A stretch of DNA of 63,226 nt, filler included, from Reclinomonas americana ATCC 50394 (Eukaryota), in assembly GCA_048213135.1 (NCBI GenBank). It is 14 parts of 14 records of this genome, joined end to end, with 100 filler letters (N's around TTAATTAATTAA, not from the genome) between each part and the next. Parts side by side here need not be neighbours in the genome. Positions count along the whole stretch, not along the records: positions 1 to 4,613 come from AFZH01022651.1; positions 4,714 to 9,838 come from AFZH01022652.1; positions 9,939 to 17,594 come from AFZH01022653.1; 11 more parts are not named here. The stretch is one strand, 5' to 3'. Every line of letters starts with the position of its first letter. Positions within the stretch are counted from its first letter, which is position 1. This document shows positions 1 through 13,948 of this stretch, in pieces. Below the pieces are notes generated by a model. It was not told the origin of the DNA. It did no database searches and saw only the letters and a program-made list of their open reading frames with translations. The position numbers and the translations under genes are program-made.

Positions 1-79
<79 letters not shown>
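1..79. repeat. (GT)n microsatellite
   Basis: Perfect GT dinucleotide run from the window start. Confidence 0.98.
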
Positions 80-83
<4 letters not shown>

Positions 84-548
84 AGAGAGAAAGAGCTTGC
101 ACACTTGTGAGCGAGATGCCACAGAAGAATGCAAATGAAGAAAGGGACGCGTGAATGTGTGGGAAAGAGACAAAGAGATGGCAGGGGAGGAAGCACGGAA
201 CAAGAGATAAGGCAGATAGAGAGTTTAAGGTCAGCAAGACTGAAAAAAAGCGATGTGCGTGTGCGAGAGAGGAAACTCCAATGCTCTCTCCCACACACTC
301 CCCCCACGACACACAAACACACCTCACACGACACAACACCATCGGCAGCGTCGTTTAACATCTTGCAAGCTCGATCTACCGACTTGCTCAGAGCATTGGC
401 CGTGCATGTTAGAGGCAGAGCCGCATGGGAGCAAGTTTGCAACTTCTCCACACGCTCCTTGCACCACGTGGCAAACGGCGACGACATTGAGCGCGCAGAA
501 AGTGAAAGTTGATTTGTCAATTGAAATTTCATGTGAGTTTCTTTGATA

Positions 549-3500
549 TCACCTCACTGGTCTCTTTGGCGACATGACCGGCGGCGCAGCAGCCGTGCGC
601 GCCTCTCGGAACGACGCCGATGTGGGCGTGGTAGGCGACATGGGAGACAACTGCTCGTCGTCGGCCTCCACTTCGTACGCAAAGCCGACTTGCCTTGCGC
701 GTCGCTCCGTGACACGGCCCGCACGCAACGGCGTTGGAAGCGGTTCCATGAATGCCGAGCCGGCGTCTGACGTGGCGTCGCCTGCCGACGACTCGGCGCC
801 CTCCCCGCCCTCGGTCGACCGCGCGCCCTTGCTGCTGGTTGGTCTGCGCGATTCGCGACTGCCAGGACGCATGGCACCGCTGCCACCAATGGTGATGCTG
901 CCGGCTGATGACGGTCGCGGCACAAACGAGACAGCCGACGGAGGCGATCGGTGCAGTCCTGCGCTGTCGCCGCGCCCCGCCGACTGCGGCCTCAGCACGC
1001 CCACTGGCGGCGCGGCGCCCAGGTCGGGTGGCGCCGGGGCCGCACCGACCACAGCAGCGATTGTGCCGTCCACGGCGGCGGCACGTGCTGTCGATGAGGA
1101 CGACGAGGACGCCGTGGTGGTGGTGCGCGTGGTGGCCGATGCGCCGGCCGCTGCCGACGGTGCAGCAGCAGCTGCAGCTGCAGCTCCCATGCCATCGATG
1201 CTGTCGGGTGGTTCGGTGCGGAAGCCGGACGATTGGGAGATGGGTCGCAGTTGGATGAGAGAGGAGCGGGGTTTGAAGATTTCGAATTCGTCTTCGTTGG
1301 GGAGCAGTTCTTCCCTGTGTGGGGGTGAAGGAGGAGGGGGTGAGGGAAGGAGGGAGAAGGGGAATGAGGGGAACTGGGTGAGGGAGACAAGGAGAGGGAG
1401 GCGAGGAGAGGGAGGCGTGGAGGAGGGACTTTCTTTTCTCTTTCTTTCTTGTGAAAGGAGAAAGGCGCATGAAGGACAAGGGACTTTCTGTTTCTTTTTT
1501 GAATTGAGAAGAGAGGAGCCGAAGGCGACTCTCTTCTCTTTGAAGGAGAGAGAGACTTTCTTTTCTCTTTCTTTCTTTTTTGAATGGGAAAAGGCACATG
1601 AAGGAGAAGGGACTTTCTTTTCTTTCTTTTGAATTGAGAAGAGAGGAGCCGAAGGCGACTCTCTTCTCTTAGAAAGGAGAGAGAGGCACCTCCTTTCTCA
1701 CTCATCAAGAAAGAGAAGAAAGAAAATCAGTCTCTCTCTCTTCTCTCATCAAGAAAGAGAAGAAAGAAAATCAGTCTCTCTCCTCATCACGAAAGAGAAG
1801 AAAGAAGATCAGTCTCTCTCTCTCTCTCACTCATCAAGAATGAGAATAACGAAAATCAGTGTCTCTCTCACTCATCAAGAAAGAGAAGAAAGAAAGTCAG
1901 TCTCTTCATCAAGAAAGAGAATAAAGGAAATCAGTCTCTCTCATTCATCAAGAAAGAGAAGAAAGAAAATCAGTGTCTCTCACTCATCAAGAAAGAGAAG
2001 AAAGAAAATCAGTCTCTCTCTCATACAGAGATGGAGATAAAGACAACGAGGCAGGTGGGCAGACAGAGAGAATGACACACTGTCAAGTGGTTCACTTGGT
2101 TGTCATGTATGTGTACGCGTACATGCAGATGGAGACCTGACGATGCGCGAAACTGCGACAGAGCTTTGCGACCAGACTCACAGGAGAAGCACAAAACAGT
2201 GACGACAAAGGAAAGGAGAATGAGGAGGAGGAGATAGACAATGCAGGAGAGACACGAGTTCAGAAACAAGCAAGATGACAGGAGCTCAAGGAGGAAAAAC
2301 ACAAGGCATGCGAAGAAGTTCGAGACAGATAGAAGAATGCAATCATGTTCTCTCTTTTGCCTATTTTTGCCATTTTGCGTGTCCTCTCCTGATCTGTGCT
2401 TCTCACATGTTTGTCTTTCCATTCAACTGCATCTTGCGTTCCCTGAATTCGTCGGTCTCTACTTCTCATCCTCTCACCTTTGCTTTCCCATCACGTTTTC
2501 TCTTGCACTCCAGCCTGCCTTCCATCTAATTCTACTGTCTCTCTCTCTCTTTCTCTCTTTCTCTCTTCTCCTTGTCCAATTCCTCTCACTTTCGCTTCCC
2601 CTTCAAGGCACGCCTCCTCTTGCACTCCAGCTTGCTTTCCATCTAATTCTACTTTCTCTCTCTCTCTTCTCTCTCTTTCTCTCTCTATTTCTCTCTCCCT
2701 TTCTCTCTCTCTCTCTCTTTCCCTTCTCCTTCCCCTCAACAAGACGCAACTGATCCGGCAACTCCTCGCCATCCACATACGCACGCTCCAAGTGATCGCA
2801 CATCTGCAGAAACTCCTGCTCGAGGGCCTCCAGTGCCTCCACATCCATGCCATCCATGTCCACGCCTGTCACGCAGTGAGTCAATCGACTTCCACTCGCA
2901 TTCTCTCTTCCACCACTCACCTCGCAACGACGGCAACCGCTTGATGGCGGTATTCGTCAAATTCTCATACTCCTCCCTCACCAGGCGGTACTGCTCGTAC
3001 AGTGAATCGCCGCGCTCCTGAATGTAGTCCAACTCGGCGTCGATTTCCTGCACGACATGATGAGCATTCCATGTCACACAACGCAAGGCATTGTACACAA
3101 ACGAAACTCCCATCTCCTCATCCACTCGTGCACGACTCTCGCGAATACCAGCCTGTCGCACGTACTCTTTCTCAATCCACTCGGCATTGCGTACGGCTGC
3201 AGTCTCTTGCTCCTCCAGCCCGTGCGCCTCGGCGGTGGTCTGCGGCAGGAAGAGTGAGAGGTGAGAATGTAGAGTGAGGACGGGAAGGGAAGCGAAAGAG
3301 AGTAACAGACCTGCTCCAGCTCCTCCTCCAGGACCTTCAGCTTGGCCTCCAGTCGGTCGTTCTTGGCAATGATCTCGGCGACTGGAAAAGTGGCAAAGGG
3401 AATCGATGGTGAAAAGAGAGATAAAAAGGAGAGAGGGTGGAAGAGATGAGAAGAGAAGCGCGGATCAGAAATGCATGAGTATGTTTGCTGGTTGGAGTGT

Positions 3501-6500
3501 CCCTGAATCACCCAACGCAACTCGCTTTCTTGTTCTTCTTCTCCTTGGCCAGCTTTTGCTTCAAAAACTCATTGTACATGGCCTCCAGCTCCTCCATTTG
3601 TTTCTGCTCTTGCTCCGACAGTGCTCTCTCCAGCGCCTCCGTCTGCGCACAGCAGTACAATCAATCCAAGATCCAACATGTTGTCACTGTGCTCTCCCGC
3701 AAACCTTGGCGATGTCCACACGCCGCAACGACTGCAACATGGTGCTCTTCAGTTCGTCCATTTTCGGCATCGGCAAGTCGTCCATGTCAAGGCCCTGCAT
3801 CACTCGGGCGGCCTTGGAGGATGAGTCGAGCTGCTCACGGAGTTCTGTGTTGCGGGCGCGCATTCGCTGCACTTGTTCCTGCAATGGGGAGAAAGAATGA
3901 GAAACAAGAATAGAATATAGAGAACATCGGCTCCCTCACGGCCATCTCTCTCTCCCTATTGCACCTTGATGCGGTTCAATTCCTCCTCTGCCATTGAAGC
4001 CTTGGTGACGGCGGCATTGGCCTTTTCTGCGGCCGCCACCTTGCTGGTGATCTCCTCTGCGCATTACCAATGGTCAGTCACTCTTTACAAAAAAAAAAGA
4101 GTGAGACTACGACGCGCAACTGGAGTCCGTGTACTGCTCCAACACCTCCTTGGAGAGAATGGAGGGCGCCAGCACAATGTACGAGTGTCGAGCACCGGCC
4201 GCACACCCAATGACTTCACGCTGTCGCAGCAAGCGCACTTCTCGCGGTGCCTTCACATTATTATTGTCGGCGTGTCCCAGCTGTCCGTGCTTGCCAAAGC
4301 CCCACGAGAAGACGCGATTGTCGGCTGCGGAGTTGAGGAAGGGTGTGAGACGGAGAAAGCTATGAAGAAAATAGGAAAGAAACCGACAAACCCGTTGTGA
4401 CCAGTGTGTGAAAGGCGGCAGAACTGGTGGCCACCTGCACGACCTTGTAGGCCGCCAGACCGTCAATCTTGCGTGGCGCAAAGGCGTTTTCCGAGTCACC
4501 GTGGCCCAGGCGCCCGCTGTTGCCGTATCCGAAGGAGAACAGGAGGCCAGAGTCTGTGAATTGCGGGGGGAAGAAGGGAAGGGGGAGAAGGGGGAAGGGG
4601 TGAGGGGGAAGGGNNNNNNNNNNNNNNNNNNNNNNNNNNNNNNNNNNNNNNNNNNNNTTAATTAATTAANNNNNNNNNNNNNNNNNNNNNNNNNNNNNNN
4701 NNNNNNNNNNNNNTTAGCTTGGGCGAGTGGTGCTCCGTGGTGTCACCCGTGCCCAGTTGTCCTACATGTTCCACAGTGAGGCCTTCTCTCTCCATCGCCG
4801 CCAGCAACAAGCACCAGGCGCACCTGAGCTGTTGTTTCCCCATGCCCACACGTCGCCGGCATCGGTACACGCCAGGCAAAAATCCCACCCGCACGCCACT
4901 CGTAAAATGCCCGAGCCCTCCAGGTCGTGCACCACTGTCGGCTCAAACACATCGGTCTGGTGCCCAAGGCCGAGCTGACCAAAGAAGTTCGACCCGCACA
5001 TTAGCAGATCGCCGACCTCTGCACGGAGGAGAAGTGGTGAAAATCAACTGGAAGATGTCTCCTACTCTAATGCTCAGCAAACCGGTGAGAATGGCAGTGA
5101 AATCGGCGCCGCAGCCGACAAACTTGGGTTTCCGTCGCACTTCGGTGAGACCAGGCACCAGCTGTGGAATCGGCTGCACCGGCTGCGTCAGCTGGCCGAG
5201 TCCGAGAGCGCCCTTGATGGTTTGGCCCCACGAAAAGAGCTGCCGGTCCTCTGCGAAATGATGGGTGAGTGGAGAGGCAAGCGGGGTGGGGGGTGGTAGG
5301 GTGAACGGAACCTGTCAAGGCAAGTGCGTGACTCGTGCCGGTGGCGAGCATGGTGACTTTCTCCGCCTCCAGGTGATTCATTGGGGTGAATTGGTTGATC
5401 TGTGGGGAGGGCAAAGGGGGGAAGGGGAGGAGAAGGCAAAGGGGGTGAGAAGGTGAAGGGGGTGAGAAGGCAAAGGGGGTGGGGAAGGGGAAGGCAAGGG
5501 GGGGTGAGAAGGCGAGGGGGGAGAGCAAAGGGGGAAGGAGAGGGAAGGGAGTGAGAAAGCGAGAAGGGGGGAGGGCAAAGGGAAAGGCAAAGTAGGGCGA
5601 AGGGCAAATTAGTGGAAATATGGGGACATAAATAGTGAAAAGAAGAAACAGAGACAGAAGTGTGAGACAGGAGTGAAAAAGGAATTGAAAGAAGCAAGAG
5701 GGAAATCGCAGAAAGCAGCGAAACAATCAGTGAGACAAGCAAGAAAGAAAACAGTGACCAAAGCAAAGCAGTCACAGCGAAAAGCAAGACAAAATCAAAT
5801 TAGAGCAAGACACTATCACAGCGACAGGGCGAGCCCTCTCCTTGTCCACCAACAAACCTCATCATGCTCCGTGTTCGCCAGCTGCCCAAACTGATTCGAC
5901 CCGCACGCGAATACGTTGGGTGGCACTACACGCAAGTATCGAATCAGACACCCACCCCACACAACTCAAACGTACTCACAGACGCGCAACATTTCAGCGG
6001 CAATCCCGACAGCGCGAGCGACATTTGCGCACCGGCCGCCAGCGCCGCCACCGGCTTCTTCTCCAGACCGAGCACTCGCTGCGGCACCGGACTGATCTCC
6101 AGTCTCTCCAAGCCCGTCTGTCCAACACTACCGTCACCCCACGCATACAGCAGACCCTTGTCTGTGCGCGCAATGGCGTGCTGGTAGCCGCACGCCACGT
6201 CGACAAACATGACCTTGCCGGCGGTGCTCTGTACCAGCGTCGGTGTGTCGACGACGGCGGTGAGCTGGCCGAGACCGCATTCGCCGTGCGAGTTGCGGCC
6301 CCAGGTGTACAACTTGCCCGTGTCTGCGAAGAGGGAGGAAAGAAGGGGAAGGAATGAAGGAGGAGGGGAGAGAGGAATATGAGGATAAGGGAAGGGGGAG
6401 GAGGGGAAGGGGATGGAGGAGGGAAACGAGGCAAGGAGGATTGGGATGGGGGATGTAGGAGAGAGAAGGAGAGAGACTGACAAACAGAGGAAGGGATGCA

Positions 6501-8543
6501 TCGAGACAGAGAGGGAGGGAGAGAGGGAGAGAGGGAGAGAGAGAGAGAGAGACTGCCAAAACAGGGGAAGGGATGCAGGGAGAGACAGAGTGGGAGAGAG
6601 AGATAGAGACTGCCAAACAGGGGAAGGGAAGTATGGAGCGATGTAGAGAGCGAGAGAGAGTGGAGAGAGACTGACTGCCAAAGTGGGGAAGGGACGCAGG
6701 GAGAGACAGAGAGGGAGAGGGAGACTGACTGCCAACAAGGGGAAGGAATGCAGGGAGGGACAGAGAGTGAGAGAGAGAGAGAGACTGCCAAACAGGGGAA
6801 GGGATGCAGAGAGGGACAGAGAGAGGGAGAGGGAGAGAGACTGCCAAACAGGGGAAGGGGCGTTGGGAGAGATGCAAGGAGAGCGAGAGATAAGGGATGA
6901 GTGAGGGAAGGAGAATGAGGAGGGAAACGAAGTGCAGACAAGAAGAGAGTGGAAAATGGCGACAACAGAGGCTGCGCGCACCTGTGACCGCCACGCTAAA
7001 GGCGTCGCCGGTGGCAATACGGACGATGAACACATCGGACGGCAACCGGACTTGCTTGGGAAAGAAGGCGATACTAAAGGCGCTGTGACCGAGGCGCCCG
7101 TCGTCACCGCTTCCCCTGTTGGAGGAATTGGAACTCACGGTGAGATCTTGGTGCAACAGAGATACTCTCCGTCTTCATGCACTCACCATGAGTACACCTC
7201 GCCAAGAAAGGTGAGTGCCATGGTGTGCGATTCACCACACTCGACTTGCGCCACTGGCTTGCCGACGAGGAACTCGACAAGGCGCGGTCCGAGTTGGTCA
7301 TTCGTGTCACCAATGCCTGCGTCGCCAAGTCAGGGTCGCACTGCATTGAGGCGATGGATGACGCGACTCACCAAGCTGGCCGTACTTGCCCCAGCCCCAG
7401 GAGTAGACCTGTCCCTCGTCTGTGCAAATTATCATAATAAGTCGTGCTCAACTTTTGATCACGCTGTGTGCGTTCTTTCCCCCCTCTTCCACCTCCTTCT
7501 CCTTACCCCTCCCCCCACCCACCTGTAATGCACGCCGTGTGCCCCGCTCCACACGCAATGTACACCACCGTCGTGTCCTTCAACGCCTCCACACGCCGCG
7601 GCAGGTACTGCATGCGCGTGTCGTGGTGACCCAGCTGCCCCTCGCCGCCCTCGCCCCACGTGTACACGTAGCCGTCGTCGGTGAGAGCTGCGCTGTGCAG
7701 CTCGCCGGCCGCCACCATCACAATGTTCTTGCCCTCCAGATACTCAATCTGCGCGGCCTCCGTGACGGACCATCTGCGGAGGGGGAGAAGGGGGTAATGA
7801 GAGAAGGGAGTGGATGTTTCTCCTTTCAAACTGAATGCGCAACGTGTGACCGAGTCCCAACTGGCCGTGCTGATTGTCGCCGAGGACGTAGACGTGGCCG
7901 CGTTCTGCAGTGATGATGAACAACATGTCTCTCTCTCCAACACAGGCTCCACTCTTCTTACGCACCAGTTCGCATGAGCAAGTGACTGCGACCCAGCGCC
8001 GCTGTCTCCACCGAGAATCCGCGCAGCTGATCGACGACTTTCGGCTTGACGACAATCAAATCGTCGAGTGGGTGACCGAGGGTGCCGATTTGATTGTCGC
8101 CCCACGCGTACACCTTGCCCGGGGCGGCTGTGCAGGCGGTGTCAGATAAAAAGGTGGGTGTGGACTGACGAATTCGTGATCGCGCACCATCCAGCAGCTG
8201 CGCCGCATCGATCAACCCTTTGCGCAACATGTTGGTGAACGAGGAGATCATTGGACCGCCCGTGTCCTGCGCCAGGGCGGCCTCCGCCGGCAGCGCAAAG
8301 CGACGGAAGCCGCGATTGACCATGGCGGCGCGATCGGCCACTCGACCGACCTGATGAAGGTGTGTGTGAGTGACGAAGAAAGAAGGGCATGTCAGTAAGA
8401 GACGGTGACGAATACCGTGGTGGGTGTCGCGAGTCCGCCACTGGACATGGAGGGCGCGACTGTGCCCGCCATTGAACCGGTGGGGGTGCTGGGGGCGATC
8501 ATGGAGCGGACGACGGAGCGAGCGGTGTCCTTGACGGCATAGC
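549..8543 (-). CDS. RCC1-repeat (beta-propeller) protein with C-terminal coiled coil and Ala/Ser/Pro-rich tail; about 22 exons, spans the linker at 4614-4713, 5' end not found
   Basis: Spliced exons give many RCC1 repeats (GKVYAWGDNQIGTLG, GYVYTWGEGGEGQLG, GKLYTWGRNSHGECGLG, RVFSWGFGKHGQLG, with VAAGELHSAAL/VACGYQHAIA), then heptad-rich exons at 2750-4055 and a last exon at 549-1314. GT-AG junctions keep frame. Confidence 0.88.
1400..2735. repeat. Intronic low-complexity repeats: ~130-nt duplication (about 1465-1680), ~40-nt CTCATCAAGAAAGAGAAGAAAGAAAATCAGTCTC units (about 1700-2020), and CT-rich tracts
   Basis: Repeated units visible directly; lies inside the intron 1315-2750 of the RCC1 gene. 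Confidence 0.8.
4614..4713. other. Artificial contig linker N44-TTAATTAATTAA-N44 (first of 13)
   Basis: Identical 100-nt block with stops in all six frames. Also at 9839, 17595, 28617, 31966, 35473, 40760, 44193, 48553, 49894, 56850, 59527 and 61262. Confidence 0.99.
6470..6880. repeat. Intronic ~60-nt degenerate tandem repeat (GACTGCCAAACAGGGGAAGGGATGCAG...)
   Basis: About 6-7 copies of GACTGCCAAACAGGGGAAGGG separated by GA runs. Confidence 0.85.
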
Positions 8544-8669
8544 CTGCACGATGGGGAAGGGGTGAGGGAGGAAGAGAGGGAAGAGAGAGGGAAGGGAGGA
8601 AAAGATGGGGAAGGGATGGAAGGGGGCAGGAAAGGGAGAGGAATGGAAGTGGAAAAGAGAGGGAGAAGA

Positions 8670-9635
8670 GTGAGGGAGACGAGCAGTGAGTGAGGGAGAC
8701 GAGTAGTGAGTGAGGGAGACGAGCAGTGAGTGAGAGAGAGAGACGAGGAGTGAGAGAGAGAGAGACGAGCAGTGAGCGAGGGAGACGAGCAGTGAGTGAG
8801 CGAGACGAGCAGTGAGTGAGGGAGACGAGCAGTGAGCGAGGGAGGCGAGTAGTGAGCGAGTGAGACGAGTAGTGAGCGAGTGAGACGAGCAGGGAGCGAG
8901 GGAGACGAGCAGGGAGCGAGGGAGACGAGCAGGGAGCGAGGGAGACGAGCAGGGAGCGAGGGAGACGAGCAGTGAGCGAGTGAGACGAGGAGTGAGAGAG
9001 AGAGACGAGCAGCAAGCGAGTGAGACGAGCAGCAAGCGAGTGAGACGAGGAGTGAGAGAGAGAGAGAGAGAGACGAGCAGTGAGCGAGAGAGACGAGCAG
9101 TAAGTGAGGGAGACGAGCAGTGAGCGAGTGAGGCAAGGAGTGAGCGGGGGAGACGAGCAGTGAGCGAGGGAGACGAGCAGTGAGCGTGTGAGACAAGGAG
9201 TGAGTGAGTGAGACGAGCAGTGAGTGAGTGAGACGAGCAGTGAGCGAGGGAGACGAGCAGTGAGCGAGGGAGACGAGCAGTGAGCGAGGGAGACGAGCAG
9301 TGAGCGAGGGAGACGAGCAATTAGCGAGGGAGACGAGCAGTGAGCGAGGGAGACGAGCAATTAGCGAGGGAGACGAGCAGTGAGCGAGGGACACAGAGCA
9401 GTAAGTGAGTGAGACGAGCAGTAAGTGAGTGAGACGAGCAGTGAGCGAGTGAGACGAGCAGTGAGCTTGCGAAACGAGCAGTGAGTGAGTGAGACGAGCA
9501 GTGAGCTTGCGAAACGAGCAGTGAGTGAGGGAGACAAGGAGTGAGCGAGAGAGAGACGACCAGTGAGTGAGTGAGACGAGCAGTGAGCGAGCGAGACGAG
9601 CAGTGAGTGAGCGAGACGAGCAGTGAGCGAGGGAC
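8670..9635. repeat. 20-nt minisatellite GAGACGAGCAGTGAGCGAGG
   Basis: More than 40 tandem, slightly variable copies upstream of the first identified RCC1 exon. Confidence 0.95.
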
Positions 9636-9938
9636 AGAGAGCAGGAGGCATGAGAGAGGGACAGAGTGAAGGAAGTGGAAGAGAGAGAGAGAAAGAACGG
9701 TGCTGACTCGCTTGCTGTTAGACTCGCTCGTTCACTGCTCGTCTCCCTCGCTCACTCCTCGTCTGACTCGCTCACTGCTCGTTTCTCTCTCTCTCTCCCT
9801 CCCTCTTCCCTTCTCTCTCTCTCTCTCTCTCTCTCTCTNNNNNNNNNNNNNNNNNNNNNNNNNNNNNNNNNNNNNNNNNNNNTTAATTAATTAANNNNNN
9901 NNNNNNNNNNNNNNNNNNNNNNNNNNNNNNNNNNNNNN

Positions 9939-10252
9939 CGCTCTCGTCGCTGTCGCTCTCGTCGCTGTCGCTCTCGTCGCTGTCGCTCTCGTCGCTGTCG
10001 CTCTCGTCGCTGTCGCTCTTCCTCGCGTGTCGCTCTCGTCGCTGTCGCTCTCGTCGCTGTCGCTCTCGTCGCTGTCGCTCTCGTCGCTGTCGCTCTCGTC
10101 GCTGTCGCTCTCGTCGCTGTCGCTCTCGTCGCTGTCGCTCTCGTCGCTGTCGCTCTCGTCGCTGTCGCTCTCGTCGCTGTCGCTCTCGTCGCTGTCGCTC
10201 TCCCTCGCTGTCGCTCTCCCTCGCTGTCGCTCTCCCTCGCTGTCGCTCTCGT
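9939..10252. repeat. 15-nt minisatellite CGCTCTCGTCGCTGT
   Basis: About 20 near-perfect tandem copies starting at a contig edge. Confidence 0.95.
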
Positions 10253-10386
10253 CACTTATCGCTTTGTTCCTCACCCCCTCCTTCCCTGTTTCGCAGCCTA
10301 CTTGTGGACCATCACTGCTGTGGTCTTCGGTACCCTGTACGTCACACTGGCTCCTCACCGCCACGAGACTGGCGAGAAGAACGCGC

Positions 10387-13170
10387 ATGATGAGTAAAAA
10401 ACGTCGACAGACAGACCTTTCAGGACGAAAACGCGATGCTGTTGTCGCCAGGATGCGTTGACGACATGCTCAGTGACGGTGGCAAGCTCGAGCCACTTGA
10501 CTCGCACAGCTGCGTCCACACAAGCGAGAGAGAACACATCAAAGGGCACGAGAATGCTCATCGGAACATGCAGTGCACGAAAGCATCGATGAAGACGACG
10601 ACTCGCAATGTGAAAGTGATCCTCCACGGTCTCTGGTTGCACTGGCAGTGCAGTGGGTCGCACAGAACATGGCCTGTGCGTTCTCTTGTCTCTCATTCTC
10701 CTTTCTCTCTCTCTCTCTCACTCGTCGTGCAGTCTTTGAATCAGCAGAGCACTCGCTGCACGACGTGCCCTTCTCGCTTCTCCTGCTGATTCTCGAGCGT
10801 GTGAGCGATCCGTGGTTGGTGGAGGTGATTGAGAGGCGGCAGTCTGTGGTGTTTGGATCGGCGACCGACCATGTGTGGATGCGCTTGTGTCGGGTACATT
10901 TTCCGACGCAGCTTGGTGAGTGGCCTTCGTTGGGTGACTGGAGGGGAAGGGTGAACGGAGGTGGAGGGGGCCCTCTTGCTTATTTGCTCTTGTCACTGCC
11001 CTTGTAGTTTCCTTGCTCGTCGCTCGCTTGTTCGTCGCTCCCTTGCTCGTCGCGTCTCCCTTGCTTGTCGCTTCCTTGCTCTCTTGCTCGTCACTCCCTT
11101 GCTCGTCACTCGCTTGCACGTCACTCGCTTACACGTCACTCGCTTGCTCGTCGCGTCTCCCTTGCTCGTCGCGTCTCCCTTGCTTGTCGCTTCCTTGCTC
11201 TCTTGCTTGTCGCTTCCTTGCTCTCTTGCTCGTCGCTCGCCTGCTCGTCGCTCGCCTGCTCGTCGCTCGCCTGCTCGTCGCTCGCTTGCTTGTCGCTCGC
11301 TTGCTCGTCGCTCGCTTGCTCGTCGCTTGCTTGCTTGTTGCTTGCTTGCTCGTCGCTCGCTTGCTCGTCTCTTCTCGTCGCTCCCTTACTCGTCGCTCCC
11401 TTGCTCGTCTTGCCCTTGCTTCTTTTCCCTTCGTTTCCCTTCTCCTCCCTTCTCCTTCTCATCTCTTCCCTTCTCTCCTCCCTTCTCTTCCTCACTTCTC
11501 CTATTCCGCAGCCTCCCATCGCGCCACCATCCGCTCCTTCCGCTCCGCCTTCTGGGAATGGCACACGCAGTCGTGCTTGCAACAGGCTGCCGAGGTGGTG
11601 GCGCAGCATGTCGCCACGTTTACCACCCATCGGAGTCCGTTTTCGCTCCACTTTGGCGGCATTGCTGTGGACTGCGGTGGTCGAGCCCCAGACCACACGC
11701 TGCTCGACGCGCTCACTCATCACGCCGCACACATTTGTCACTTGACGCTGCATCAATCGTTGTGCACGGGCGCGGATTTGGTGGTGCGTGGATCTCTGTC
11801 AGATGATGAGACGACAGCGTGCTGATCATTCTTCATACAGGAGTTGATTGCCGCATTGCCGCACCTGGATCACGTGCAGTTCTCCCACTTGTCGGTTCGC
11901 GGGGTGCGTGACAGCCCTGTGCATATCTTTCCATCCGGTTTTTGCACCTGAAAGTGACATGCAGGTCGCTGTGGCCGCTCGCATTCTGGAGTCTGTCAAG
12001 TGCGTTCGCTCATTGAGCCTGCGGTTCGCCTCCCTCGATTCGTCGTCGCTGGCAATGCTCGTGCACGCAGCGACGCAACAGCCACGCGTAGTGGAAGCGA
12101 TTGCGAGTGTGGAGAGGTGCGTGACTCTTCTCCATACGTCGCTCTTCTCCCCTCTTCTCAATCTCGGACTCGCAGCTCTGCCGCCGACTCGGACGACTTT
12201 GACCTGTATGCCGATGTGCACGTGCCGGTGGCACTCCGCGAACCATTGTCGCGAGCCTCGCAACTGCGCCGCCTGTCGTTGTACGCGGTGCTGCTGTCGT
12301 CAGAGGCAGTGTCGGCGCTTGCGCACGCCCTCCGTGAGCTGCCGCCGAACCAGCTGACGGCACTCGAACTCACCAACAATCGGTTGCGAGACGGCCAGAC
12401 CGCCGTGTTCCTGCAAGCTGTCGCCCATCAACTCGGAGCCGTGCGCACGCTGGTGCTGGCCGAAAACAGTCTTGGTGCGCGGACTGGCCGTCAAGTGGTC
12501 ACCATGGTAGCCTCGCTGCAGCGACTCGATCTGTCATTCAACGGGCTGCGCGGTGACGACCTGCAACCGCTCCTGCAGGCGCTGGTGCACAACACCTCGC
12601 CACCACAATTGATGCACCTGCGAGTGCGTGGGAACATGCTGTGCGACACCACGTGCGATCAGCTGGCTCTCTACCTGCAATCACCCTCGTGTTCGTGCGG
12701 TGTGCTGGATGTGGCCGAGTGCGACATGTCGCCTGCCGGGGTGGCGACTGTTCTTCGTGCAGCCTCCACGTCGGTTTCACTGTGCACGCTGATTCTGGAT
12801 GGGTGCGCTCTTGCGTGGTGTCTTGTCTATTCTACACGGAGTTGTGACTGATTCACTCACAGCAACTACGCCGGGCGGCACTTTGCCGAGGTGCTTGCCG
12901 AAACGCTGGCCAACAACGCGTCACTGACGACGCTCTCGCTGTGCCAAGTCGGGCTGCAGCATGTGCAGGCGGCGCAGGTCGCGTCGTTGACTCGTGCGTT
13001 CCACGGCAGTCGCCCGTTGATGGAGCTGCGATTGGATAGCAATCGGCTGGACGCCCGTGCTGCCGCGCTGCTGGTCGCGTGTGCAGCCGCCGAGGGAGAG
13101 GGCGTCTGTCTGCTTTCATTGAGGAACAATTCGATTGATGCGGCCGTGCTGTTGGAGGAGAGTGAGAGGT
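10387..13170 (+). CDS. Elongin-A-like (BC-box) N-terminal domain plus RI-like LRR protein (LRRC41/MUF1-like architecture); 3' end uncertain
   Basis: PRSLVALAVQWVAQNM...LHDVPFSLLLLILERV...TDHVWMRLCRVHF resembles the Elongin A domain. It is followed by ~28-aa LRRs (LTALELTNNRL, LQRLDLSFNGL, LMHLRVRGNML, LMELRLDSNRL). Frame-preserving GT-AG introns. Confidence 0.75.
11010..11410. repeat. 15-nt intronic minisatellite CTTGCTCGTCGCTCG
   Basis: About 25 degenerate tandem copies within the intron 10916-11511. Confidence 0.9.
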
Positions 13171-13948
13171 GGTGGTCGGTGGATGCGGGGAGGCGCGGGA
13201 GGGTGGAGATGGTGGATATGACGGGGTGCGTTTGGGGGAAGGGAAAGAAAGAGGGAAAGAGGGGAAGGGATGGGAAAAAGGGGGAGGAGGGGAAGAGGAG
13301 AAGAGGAGAAGAGGAGAAGAGGAGAAGAGGAGAAGAGGAGAAGAGGAGAAGAGGAGAAGAGGAGAAGAGGAGAAGAGGAGAAGAGGAGAAGTGGAGAAGA
13401 GGGAAAGAGGGAAGAGGAGAAGAGAAGAGGAGGAGAAGAGGAGAAGAGGAGAAGAGGGGAGAGGAATGGAGAAGAATGGAGAAGAATGGAGAAGAATGGA
13501 GAGGAATGGAGAGGCAAAGGCGGGGAAGAGGAACAGGAATTGGAAGGGGAAGGGGAAGAATAGAGGTGGACTGGAGCTGAGGAGAACGACAGTAGCCACT
13601 GTCGAGGAGAAAATAGAAGATTGACAAGAAGTCACTGTGCTATCATTTGAGGCAGTGAGTGTGCTTGCCGCTGTTCGGAAGCAAGTGCGAGAAGGGTGAC
13701 CGTCAATTCTAGCGAAGGCTGAACAGCGTCCTTGAATCTGGTCTTCGTCTCACCATCCACGTTCACCAAAAAACTGCAGTTGTTTACTGCCCAGCAACGT
13801 CGACACGGACGTCGACGGTGTAATGATGGCGGTCCACCAGGCATGCTTGCGAGTGGCTCGCAAGGTGCGACTCGGGGTTCCAGTCGCCGCCGATGCTCGC
13901 ATGTTGGACGTGTTGCGGCCGGATACGCCACCCGGACCGGTGACGTGA

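Noticed and set aside
574..1632. 352-aa plus-strand ORF
   Set aside because: It is the antisense shadow of the GC-rich last exon of the RCC1 gene, which has a proper acceptor near 1315 on the minus strand.
9887..10461. ORFs encoding (SDESD)n, (RATAT)n or (SLSSL)n
   Set aside because: These are translations of a stop-free 15-nt minisatellite in several frames, with no support for coding.
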